From NCBI RefSeq assembly GCF_009914755.1, contig NC_060942.1: a stretch of 64,000 nt of DNA. One strand, 5' to 3'. This DNA comes from the human T2T-CHM13v2.0 reference genome, Homo sapiens. The position numbers were made by a program, and so were the translations under genes. Below are positions 49,728 to 64,000 of the stretch, piece after piece. The notes beneath the pieces are model-generated. The model was not told the origin of the DNA. It made no database searches and saw nothing but the letters and a program-made list of their open reading frames with translations. How positions within the stretch are numbered: the first letter of the stretch is position 1; each line of letters starts with the position of its first letter.

Positions 49728-50417
49728 TGTTACAGTAGGTAGGCAGACATGAGCAGCGTGGGAGGGGTCCCCCCCACCACCCCCAACAGGAATATCAGGC
49801 GACCATCAGGAGATGATGGTCAGGCAGTTCTTAAATGTCTCTCTAAAATAATAATTGGTTGCAGCCAGCGCCAGAGAAAGGCAGTCTCCTAGTAGACAGA
49901 AAACACCTGAAACTGGTGATCAACAGCTTCCCGATAAGGTCTCAGGAACTGCGTGAGTGGGCTCGAGCATGTGCACGAAGAGGTAAAATGGCAGAGTTTA
50001 ACTGGTATATGACCTTCCTCTAGGAGCACTCGACTGGTAAGGAAAGAATGCCTTTAGTGAGCATGCGCACAACTTTAGTAAACACACTGCACATGCGGCC
50101 CCTCCCACGTGCTGGCAGGCCAGTGTGCAGGCGGACAGCCCACCCCAGGGGAAGAATCAGGGGAGAAGTAACGCAACCCCAGAAGCACACTCAATGTACT
50201 AAACCCCAAGTCAAAGGTCAAACTATGTACTTGATCTCTAAAGTCACCCACTTGGCCCTCCAAGTGTACTTCCTTTTGTTCCTGCTCTAAAGCTTTTTAA
50301 CAAACTTTCACTCCTGCTCTAAAACTTGCCTGGGTCTCTCAGTCTGCCTAATGCCCCTGGGTCAAATTCTTTCTTCTGAGGTGCCACGTGACTCAGATAC
50401 GTTCCCTAGTGGTAACA
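49728..50417 (+). mobile_element. MER50-like solo LTR inserted in a MIR (about 49660-49727 and 50418-50575)
   Basis: TGTTAC...GGTAACA termini; MIR core continues across the insertion. Confidence 0.8.
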
Positions 50418-50591
50418 GCTATGTGATCCTAAGCAAGTCACATAACTTATCTGTGCCTTAATTTTCTCATCTATAAAATAGGGATGTGAGATTATAATAG
50501 TATCTCCCCCACAGGGTTGTTAATTTAAATAAGTTAATACATGAGAGGTGTTTTGAATAGCGCTTGGCACATAGTATTATTTGGAGGTCTA

Positions 50592-50995
<404 letters not shown>

Positions 50996-51505
50996 TCATA
51001 GACTGTAGATTAATTGTTGTACTAATCTAAAGACTTAGATTTTCTCCAGAAACACTCAGCCCCCTGTTGTTGGAGAATAGAAAGTGGACTTTAAGATGTA
51101 TCCAAGATTGAAGGCCTACAAAATGAGTTGTATGGAACCACAATGGATCTACGAGCTGAAAATGCTGAAGAAAGGAGTAGTTCAACTGGTCAACCTGAAC
51201 ACACAGGTCTAACAGAGATGGTTGTAAAGATGTGAGTTTGGGGCGTGGGGTCTTACACTCATGGAAGTCACCCAGGGTGGCAGCAGGAGTGAGGGTAGAA
51301 AGGAGGATTTGATTCTGGGGTGAGAGTCATCATGTGTTTGGGAGATTCCTGATGTTCAATCAATGGTGACAACAGGGAAAGGTGCAGGGAGGTGATGTTG
51401 TCCATAGAGAGGGGTTAAAAGACAGGGGTCATTTAGGGAAAGCAATTAGCTCTTTCAGGCCTCACGGAGTGGTATTCCTGGAGTGGGGGACAGGAGAGTG
51501 AGGGT

Positions 51506-52071
51506 GTTATGGACTGAATTGTGTGCCCGCCTCCCCCAACCCGTCATATGTTGAATCCCTAATCCCTAATGTGACTGTATTTGGAGATAAGGACTCCAAA
51601 GAGGTAATTAAGGTTAAATGAAGTCATTACCTCATTTTGCTCATACTGCCATTAAATGGCAGTCTTTTTAGCCTAATGTCACAACCTGCCTTAGACCCAA
51701 AGGATAGTTGCATATAAAGCCTTCCCTTTCTATTCCTCCTGATTTGGTGCCATCCTTCGTGGTGCTGTGCCTGGGTTGCTACAGGAGTATATAGAAACCG
51801 CACACCACCACTGTTCTATCCTTTCACCCCCACGACTAGTGTCCTTGTAAGAGGAGGAAGCCCCAGGGGTGCACACTCACAGACGAAAGACCATGTGAGG
51901 ACACAGTGCGAAAGCAGCCACCTGCGAAGCAAGGAGAAAGGCCTCAGGAGAATCTAACTGGGCCTGAGCTTTGATCTTGGACTTGCAGCCTTCATCACTG
52001 AGAGAAAATAAGCTTCTTTGAAGCCATCCAGTCTGCAGTATTTTGTAATGGCAGCCCTAGGAGACTAACAC
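51506..52071 (+). mobile_element. MLT1A-like LTR carrying a ~200-bp non-LTR insert (about 51630-51830)
   Basis: tgttatggactgaattgtg...gaggtaattaaggttaaatga | insert | gactagtgtccttgtaagag...gactaacaca. Confidence 0.85.
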
Positions 52072-54162
52072 AGAGGGCATGGCCCAGGATCTCACCTTCG
52101 TCTTTGCAGGACTAAAATCTAATTTTGTTTGTTTACATGATAGATAATCATTCCAGAACTGACTCATATTTACCAAACTCATAAAAATTTGCTGTGTAGA
52201 CCAGAAGAATAATTTGATTAACATAGCAAAATAAAGCCTCCAGGAGAACTGGAGCGCACTCCGTCGATGCCAGTGCATTCTCTCCCTGTTGGCAAATATT
52301 TGGGAAGCTAAATTATTATCTGAAGGTCACTTGGTGAGCATGGTTTTAAAAGAAAGAGAAGTGGAGAGTATTGAAAGACATTGCTGTAACTCAATGCTGC
52401 CAGTGACATGGGCCTGTGACCACAAAATAGGTTTACATCCTCTTTGCTTATTCAACTTATTATGACTCTAACACCCACTGGTCCACTTCCTTCAAAGCGC
52501 CTTGCCAGTTATTTGTGGGAGTTTCTCTAGGTCTTGCCTCAAGGGAACTATGCCACAGATCCCTGTTGCTTCTTAACCCTCAACACTGACCATCTTTGTA
52601 AAATAGCCACCTGGTGGGGACAGCTGTCCCTCATGATGCCCACTCTAATGCTTCCACTCTGCCCTCAGTGTGGGGACCCTGTTGCCACTAATTCCCCGGA
52701 GGACAGTTCAGACCAGACAGTGGCTTTTATTAATTTTTAGTAAAGTAGGAAGACAGAAAATGATGTGGAAACTATCTTATAACTGCTACTGACCATAACC
52801 TCAAGAGTTCCTGGAGAGCTTGCAATAGACCTCCTCATAATAAGAGTAGGCCTGACTCCCCAGGCACCTCTAGGCATCCCCACAAATTAAGTTCAGACCC
52901 AATTGCACCCGAGGGGATGTCCTCTCCCACTCCGTCCTACCTCAGGATGACTGGCAGTAGAAACAGGTATTCCCCGCAGGGGAGGAACCCTCACACTCAC
53001 CATGTGATGTGGCTTCACGGCTCAGACACTGCAATAGCAAAAGCCAACACTACCCTCAGTCTTAAAACCTCCCTTTTCTTGACACTTCCACCTTCTAAAG
53101 ATGCCAAGTATATGGATGTGACTGTGAAATGTGCCCAGATAAATTTTAAGGAGATACAATATTGACTCCTGAGTGTTAAACCAATAAATTACAACATAAC
53201 AGATGTGATTCACCCTGTTCAAAGGTTACTTTAGAGGTTATACTTTCTCCCAGGCCATAAACAGGAATAACACATAAGGGCAACTGATGCTTGATTGGAC
53301 ACAAAAGGAGACTAGCTTTATCACTGCTATGGACACATCGGAGACAGAATAGGTGAGCAGAGGATGTTGTCTATGTGACGGTAATAGATGGGTATTGGAT
53401 AATGAGAAGCCATTCATCAGAGCCCAGGAAGAAGAAACCCAGAGCCTGGGAAGAAGAAACACTGAATCTGAGAAACTCAGTCACCAGAGAGTACTTTTCT
53501 GGGAAGCTGTGGTTTATGGAAAAGAAGGAATGCAGGTTGGAAAAGCAAAAAGAGAGCAGAGGACAGCTGCTTCCTAATTCCACAGGTAGCTCCCACCTGG
53601 GCTATCTCTAGTGTATGGCTCTTGAGACTTCATATTTATTTAGATTCTGCTTTACAGTTTACAAAGGGCTTCATATGTCTCTTATATGCTGAGGAAAGAT
53701 AGTGGTGTTATATTGCTGAGGGAAACTGAGGCAAGATTTTAGTACTAGTAGAACTATAGAACTGATCTAGCACCCAGATCTTCAGCTTCCAATTCAAAGA
53801 CATTTCCCCTCTAGGATTGCTGATCCAAACCAGAAGCTTGTCTCCGCAGCTTTGTCTGCCCTTTCTTGTCAAGCCTCCTCATGCCATTGCACTTTCCTAC
53901 TTGCCTTGAACACCTTCCCTTTATATTCCTCCTGATTTGGTGCCATCCTATGCCTGGGTTGTTACAGAGAGTATATAGAAACAGCACAAGGCCATTGTTC
54001 TATCCTTTCACCCTTTGAGATGCAAGCACTATTTATCTTGGAATTTTTCATTTGGGTAATAACTAGACAAAGAATTACAGTACCTACTCCTTTCCTCCTT
54101 CAGCAAGGAGTCCTCAGGCAAGGTAACACTACTGGGGCCAGGTTCTCAGAAGAGAAGACTGT

Positions 54163-54235
54163 GAGAAGGAGGAGGAGGAAGAGGAGGAGGAGGAAGAGAG
54201 GAGGAGGAAGAGGAGGAAGAGAGGAGGAGGAAGTG

Positions 54236-54277
<42 letters not shown>

Positions 54278-54292
54278 GAGGAGGAGGAGGAA
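54163..54292. repeat. (GAG/GAA)n polypurine tract
   Basis: About 130 bp of almost pure purine on plus. Confidence 0.95.
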
Positions 54293-54700
54293 TAACAGCC
54301 ATTTATCATTCTTTGTATTGTTAGCTGGTGAAGCAAAATGGATACACTTTGTCTCTACAAACACACATTACAGCCAATGAGACATAAAAAAGGTGAAAAT
54401 GGGCTACATTTTAAAAACATTATTTGCCTTGCATATTTTTATGAGTCTCCTTGACCCTGAAACTGAGGAAAAAATAACCTTCAAAGCAGAGAAGGGAGGT
54501 AGTGAAAGCAAACCAAACCAGAATACGAGATGAACATCATTGACATCAGAAACCATCTGCTGGTCTTTGTTGTTAAGAAAAACCCGTTAGCCTGGTTTAA
54601 TGGGGACAGATCAGACAGCATGAGGTGGATTGTGCTGAAAGAAAACATGCAACTATCCCCCTATCCTTTGGGTATAAGGCAGGTTCTGACATTAGGCTAA

Positions 54701-55302
<602 letters not shown>

Positions 55303-55637
55303 CATCTGTTAGGTTTTACTACTTTCTAATCCATTCAAAATCCTCACTACCGGCCAAGTCCCAAGCCACTTAAAATTTTTGGAACATGAGGTTGTATGAA
55401 CCAGAATTCATATGATTCACCTGGTGAGATATATGTGATGTGCTATCAGAAAGAAGGTAATGCCCAGAGAGAACACAAAGTCATAAAAAAAAAATCCTGA
55501 TTTCTATGTCCTCTTATGTCACAGGGATGAGCTTTGAACAAAGCTTTGTTCCTTCCCATTGAGCTAGAGGAATCTTCCTGTGGATAGAATCTGTGATTCT
55601 ATGAGTCAGGCAGTTCTCAAACTCCTCTGTGTAACCT

Positions 55638-56585
55638 GTAACTGAAGAATAAGGAGGTTCATAAATTTGGAAAGGAGAGCTTAATTTCTCAGCAAGACTT
55701 GCAGCCTGTATGGTGGCAATTCTGACAGGCTGGGAAGCACAGCCTTCAGTCAGAAGCCAGAAACAGACACTTTGAGGGAGGGGGAAGGGGAACAGGAATT
55801 TATGCAAGCAGGGTGGACAATTAGCCATAGATAAATATATCTTAGTTCTTCAGGTAATTCTGATATGAATACCCCCCACATTTAAAAAGCTGTAGGAGGA
55901 GTCATGAATATTTATGAGAGGAGAAACGTGCATGTGCAGCTGAGCTTCATGCCCCTTCATGGGTCCCAAAAAATGTCGGCATTGGCACGATCCGATCTTG
56001 GCCCTCTAACATCAAAAAGTAAAGTAGAGGACACAAAAACCCTCACTATGCATCCTCTGTGGACTGGCCAGAACCAATCTGTGGTAGGTGGTCTATCATT
56101 AGGAAGGAAGCCTGATTGGTTGTGGTGTCAACACTGCAAAAGGGAAGGGCAGCATCTGGCTGTTGGCTGATATCTGCAGTGGTGTCTTTCAGAAAGGCTG
56201 GTTTCTGGCCAGTCAAGGTGGCTCACACCTGTAATTTGAGCACTTGGAGAGGCTGAGCAAGAAGGATGGCTCGGGCCTAGGAGTTTGAGACTAGCCTGGG
56301 CAACATGGCAAGACCCTGTCTTGTATTTTTTAAAAACTTTAAATAAATACATAAAAATTTAAACATTTTTTAAAAATTAAAAACCAAAAAGGCTAGTTTC
56401 TGTTTAGCCATCAGGGAAGAAAGCCCTAATGACGTCAGCAAGGAAGGAGGTATAATGAGGGATGTTCAATCTCTCATCTCATCATGGCTAGGAACTCAGC
56501 TTCCAAGCTTTCTCTGGGGTCCCCTTGGGCAAGTGGGGGATCCATTCAGTTGGTGAGTGGGCCTAGAATTTTGTTTCTATTTCTG
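55638..56585 (-). mobile_element. ERV1 LTR (MER57-like) with FLAM insertion at about 56207-56385
   Basis: ttctgacaggctgggaagc...catatttaaaaa-type motifs; TSD-like aaaggct(g/a)gtttct around the monomer. Confidence 0.6.
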
Positions 56586-57684
56586 AAACCTGAGAGTGGT
56601 CCCAGACTTTTGGGAGAGAGGGTCCTGGTACCCACCATAATAAAATTCAAATTCTGAACTAATTGTGGTCTTATCCGCCTGTCCCAGGGGCAGTGTGGGC
56701 CAGGCACTCTCAGGCCCCGCTTAGGCTGAGCTCCTATTCTATGACTTCATTTTCTCAGCAGGTGAAGCGGGGGCTTGCCCCAGGAGCCAACAGAAAATCA
56801 TCATGGTGAGGTGGGAAGCACGAGGACTGGAATCAGCAGATCTGAATTCTAAACTTGGTTGGCTACTGACAACCTGTATGACCTTAGACACTTAGCTCTA
56901 GGAGTCATTTAATAATAACTAAAAGTATCTATCATATATTAAGAGCCTATATGTGCCAGAGCCTATATTAAATACCTTACATATTTTAATTTATACATGT
57001 AAAATAATAAAATATATGTTAAATAATTCTCACAACAACCTAAATGAAGTCTAATATATCAATTTTTATTCTCATAGCATTTTATTTGCTAGAACAAATG
57101 AATACATTTAGCTCTATTTGGTCTATAAAATATTTGGAGAAAGCTAAAGTCTTTAAGTATTTTATTTTAGACAATAGAATATAAAAACTTAGTTGATGTC
57201 ATTACTGGAAAATTATCCAAATATCAAAGATTTTCTCACATAAATCAGTGGATTACTTATTCATACAGTTAAATTCCAGTAAATACAATAAGAAGACAAC
57301 ATCTTCAAGGGTCAGAATAGGGTTTGATGTGTGACAAAATATAATTCAAGTTTATTTCACTAAAAAAAAAAGGTCAATTAGAAAGCTTAGTGGGACAATC
57401 AGAAGGGTAGCAAGCTCTGATCAAGGGATAGCAGAGCGTTGTCTCTAAAATGGTGTAATTTTTGTTTTCATTTTGCCAGCAAATGAATGTTGTCAGGGTT
57501 CCCTGCGATGGGGAAATTAGGTTAAATTTTGAAAATCAAACTGTTAAAATCCATCATGCTATGCAAGTCCAGACTGCTGAGAAAAATGACTAAACTACAG
57601 AAAGTTTTTTTCAGTGAATGGTTGAGAATGTGGGGTTAGAAAGGCAGTTATCCCGTTCCTCACTCATCATTAAGGGTCGTGTCA

Positions 57685-58280
57685 ACACTCCTATAACAAA
57701 AGACAGTTAACAAGAGAAAAGCACAACAAATTTACTTAAAGTTTTACATGACATGGGAGCCTTCGGAAATGAAGACTCAAAGACCCAGAGAAAACTGTCT
57801 GTTTTTTTGCTTAGGTTTGATGAAGAATGGACAGCTGTGCGAAATGTGGTTAGACAAAAGGTGTGATCTAATGGTAATAGACTCAGGGGGACCCAGCAAG
57901 ACTGATGCAGATTCTTCTTGGCCTCTCTGTGGGGCATTCCTTTCCTCTGGGTATAGGACAGGACACTTGTCACATGAGGGTCTTCATGGGCAAAGGGAGA
58001 TTAGAGTGACCTTTCTAGGTTTTATGACTTGCTGTGGGTAACAGCAGTTCTAGTTTCTATGACTCCCCTTGGGAAAGGGGAATATTGCCTTCTGTGACTC
58101 CCCTTGGGAAAGGGGAATATTGCCTTCTATAACTCACTTGGTGGGAAAAGGAGGGGAGAAAGATGGGAGGCCAGGAAAAGATCAGAAAGACCTTCTTTTG
58201 AGACCTCCCAATCTCCTTTAGTTCAAAGTACTCAGCATGCCAAGACACCATACTTTGGGTATTGTGTTCTGAGCCTCAAC
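57685..58280 (-). mobile_element. MER39-like LTR with internal tandem duplication (about 58060-58128)
   Basis: Ends ...tttgggtattgtgttctgagcctcaaca; homologous to 27992-28565 in reverse orientation. Confidence 0.72.
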
Positions 58281-58513
58281 AAGGACATGTGGCAAATCAC
58301 ATGTCCATCTGGAGGATCAGGATGTATTTTCTGGAAAATATAATTTTAGCAATATATTTGGGAATTTAACATAAATATGTTGCTGTGTAATTAACTATAA
58401 TAAATATATAATAAATGTAATAAATGAATTCAGCTAACTTAATGCAGTCTCCTTAACCTCACAATGCATTTTGAAGAATAGGAAAATAATTTTAGATTCT
58501 TAGGCCCTTTTAG

Positions 58514-58855
<342 letters not shown>

Positions 58856-59274
58856 TGTTTTCAAAATTTTAAATCAGTCCACAAAAGTAAATATAATTAG
58901 ATATTTATCATCTTGTATTTAATTAGAAAATTTAAATATATGTAGATTAAGGACTTGCCCAAGGAGTGAATGGGAAGGCTGGATCGTGGATTTGTCTTCT
59001 GATAATATGATACTCTTTAGAATATTGCTTAAACATGTAAAGCAGAATCTGCAATCAAAGTAAATAATTATCCAGAGCCGACTTTGGATCACATTACAGA
59101 TATTGACTCCTTTGTACCCTTTGGCTTTTTATAAACACAGCTTTAAACACAAGGTGAGTTACAACTCAAGGTGAATTTATATGAGTGAGTTGAGTCACTT
59201 TACCTCTCATTTGCCTTTCCTTGCTAGCAACCTTAAGACAGGATCTGTGTCTCTGTGAACCTAGGGGAAAAAAG

Positions 59275-59422
59275 GACCAGGCACAGTGGCTTATGCCTGT
59301 AATCCCAGGACTTTGGGAGGCTGAGGTGGGAGAATGGCTTGAGCCAAGGAATTTGAGACCAGCCTGGGCAACCTAGTGAGACCGTGTCTCTATTAAACTA
59401 AAAAAAAAAAAAAAAAAAAAAA
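59275..59422 (+). mobile_element. FLAM / Alu monomer
   Basis: Single arm plus A tail. Confidence 0.85.
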
Positions 59423-59541
59423 ATATGTATAAAAGAATCTATACATAGGCAAGGTGGAATGATTAAACTGGGGAAAGCAAACTATTGTACTCGCAAAAGA
59501 AGCTGAGGCAGGAAAATGTAGGAAGTTTCCCCATTGCAGAT

Positions 59542-61340
<1,799 letters not shown>

Positions 61341-61387
61341 CAGATCAATGAGAAATACAACTAATTATCTTTAAAATGTTTGTACAG

Positions 61388-61520
61388 GGCCGGGCGTGGT
61401 GGCTCATGCCTGTAATCCCAGCACCTTGGGAGCTTTAGATGGGAGGACTGCTTGAGCCCAGTAGTTCAAGATGAGCCTAGGCAACATAGCAAGATCCTGT
61501 CTCTATTTGTTTCTAAAAAA
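61388..61520 (+). mobile_element. FLAM / Alu monomer
   Basis: Single arm with short tail. Confidence 0.82.
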
Positions 61521-61914
61521 GTTTGTGCAATAAATCAACAATTATTATTTACTTTAAATGGAACCATCCATTTATTACATAAAGCAAGGCAAGTCTATAG
61601 CTCCAAACCACACTCTATTATTTATACCCATTTTGAAAAGATTTTGTTTTCAAAGTCTTTTTACGTCCTTCTTGATATTGTAGGAAAAGGGGTGGTGAAG
61701 AACAGCCTCAGAGTTACTCCAAAATATTCCAGCCTTTGGCCCTCTGCTGTGCAGTTCTGGAGTCTCAATGTTTGTTCATACAGAGGTGATTAGGCCCAGA
61801 GAATATTGTGTTACAACATGCAGGCTCAAACTGGACTAACTTGATACAGAAAGCTAATTTCAACACTTACAGTTAGAAATATCTCTTTTCACTGGGAATC
61901 TACTTGGAAAATGC

Positions 61915-61987
61915 AATTGAGATGGTTTTTAAAAATGGAATCAGAACCCAAAACGAATTGAGATGGTTTTTTAAAATGGAATCGGAA
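61915..61987. repeat. Direct repeat of about 30 bp, period 41
   Basis: aattgagatggttttt(a/t)aaaatggaatc at 61915 and 61956. Confidence 0.85.
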
Positions 61988-64000
61988 ATGTCTAGTTTCT
62001 ATTCAATACTTTTAGTGTTTTAAACTGCTATTTCTATTTTTCTGATCACATACTCAGCTGCCTAATTGTTTCACAATGGTAATACCAATTATCCTCTTGT
62101 CTTCCAGAAAGAACACAGGGCTGTTGTCCCTACCCTGGGGAGCAGGCAGGTTAACATTAAAAGAAACTTCCAGATCCTCTTCATCCATTTCTCTTAAAGC
62201 CCAGATCCTGTTGCCAGTTCTATGAAACCAACAACATGCATTTTCTTTTTTCAGTCCCACCCAAAACACCAAAATCCCAAAATCTTTTCCATGTTAAATG
62301 CCACTTCACCATACAAAGCATGGGGAAGGGAGGGATTTGAAGGAAAAACAGAAAATTCCTATTCTGAAGATACTAGAGAAAAATGGAGAAGATAAGAGTC
62401 TCCCATCTTCCGTCTCAAGGTTGGCATTGGGGGAAAGAGATGAAGGGAGTAGAGGGAAGAACAGTTCCCTGTCCCAGCCCCACTATCCAATTCTCTCTTG
62501 CCTCTTTTCCCCATCTGTTCTCTTTGACCACCCTCATTGCCTTTATTCAATTTTCCTTTGCAGTATTCTCCCCCTTCAGAGAGCTGCAGTGGTCTAAGCT
62601 AAGCAATTCTTTAAATCTCTCTTCCTCCATAAATACATAATCACTGAGAGCCTAACACAATAAGATGAACTAATAGCTGCTTATCACTATCAACATCACC
62701 ACCACCAGCAACAAAGCACCTCTGCTCTGTATGGCCTGTGGACGAAGCCCAGCCGGTGAAGTTCCACTGCTGTGAGAATGCACTGCCTGGTATTGCTGTC
62801 AGAGTGTTTTGACTCTCTTCTCCTCTATGTCACTGCACTTCTTTTCTCCTCCTTTATTTCTGGATGTCCCCTAGATGTCCTTTTTTAGCCTTCCCTCCAC
62901 ATTCTCCCCCTCACCTCTACCTTCCTTTTTCTGAGAACATTCATTCTCCCTGCTTCTGCTCCTTGGCCACAGTGGATTGGTCAGGGGTGCAGACTTACCT
63001 CAGGTGAGGCCAGTGTGGCCCATTCCTGGGATCTGAGATCTTGGTATCAAGAAAGAATCATATACAGAATCTAGAGGTTCTAGAATCAACATGATGGTAT
63101 AATCAGATAGGTACAGAGAATCATATAGAATGTGTATAGATATATAGAATATAGATATGTAGACTCATATAGAAACTATAAAATGTAAGGGGTTTGGAGC
63201 TGTTGATAGCCATGTTTCCAATTACTTCTGATTAGAACTGATTGGGTTTTCTCACTCGCAACAAAAAGAATACAAATAAATGCTTCCCTCATGCCAGCCC
63301 CTAAACACAGCTTCAATAAATACCAGCCAGATCATGTTTTATTTCAAGGCTCCATTAGCCAATAAATATAAAGCTGACTACAACTTCTCACTTCCTGAAA
63401 CATGGCCATTCTCATTTTAACGTTCTCATTCAAACATACTGCCAACTAGTATGTTTGGTCAGTTAACACGTTACTCACAAACAGAATCTTCTACATTGAG
63501 GTAATAGGTGTTTCACTCTCTAGTCTTTATGCAGGAAAGAAAACATCTCCTACAAGTGAAGATAATCTTTTTGTCTTTCAAAGGAATCCCACTGAGTTGG
63601 TAACTATATTATATTCAATATTTTTAAAAACAACCTTGTTAATTTTGTTAACCCCCATGTCTAAATTTCCCATGAGCATGCATTATAGGTCATATTTCTA
63701 CAGAGTATACAGCGGAGCTTGCTCTGAACTGAAACGTTGTAGACATGCAGGCTACCAGACAGAAGTCGCAACAAACGAGTTGAGTTCCAGACAATATGGC
63801 TCATTTATCAAAATGTCAGAAGCACAATTAACTCAAACTTTCATGTACCATGAGCCAAGTCTGAAATTCAACTCCTGTGATGGGCTTTACTCTGCTTCTA
63901 ATGTACCACCTATTTCCAACATGGTGCTGGCCCTCAGAGGGCCTGCCAGTTACCCTCTCTTCTTGGGATAGCAGCAAAACAAGGTTCCCTTGTTCTTTGG

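Noticed and set aside
54020-54364. Poly-Glu / poly-Ser / poly-Leu ORFs
   Set aside because: Translations of a GAG simple repeat.
58060-58128. Tandem 34-bp duplication
   Set aside because: Lies in the naturally repetitive interior of a MER39-like LTR.

Overview
Primate (human-like) genomic DNA that is mostly interspersed repeats (Alu, L1, ERV1/ERVL/MaLR LTRs, MER5/Tigger, MIR/L2). It holds one convincing protein-coding gene: the intronless mitochondrial NAD+ carrier retrogene SLC25A52 (MCART2) on the minus strand (CDS 20277-21200). The sequence shows the whole retrocopy is about 4.9 kb (16544-21475), bounded by a perfect 17-bp target-site duplication at an L1 endonuclease site. It carries a CpG-rich 5' end, tandem strong-Kozak uORFs (the last in frame with the carrier, one TAA away), two poly(A) sites and a long 3'UTR. 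Other notable structure: a four-level nested transposon stack with a tRNA-Gly-primed ERV1 provirus (380-5960), two locally templated insertions inside MaLR LTRs (23.4 kb and 51.6 kb) next to polypurine tracts, a tandemly duplicated hairpin with a forkhead motif in its loop, a triple-LTR nest and a doubly deleted HERV-L provirus. Repeat family names come from recalled consensus sequences, not a database search, and boundaries without TSDs are approximate. I see no evidence for a wholly new multi-gene system; the best candidates for undescribed biology are the uORF cassette and the templated-insertion mosaics.
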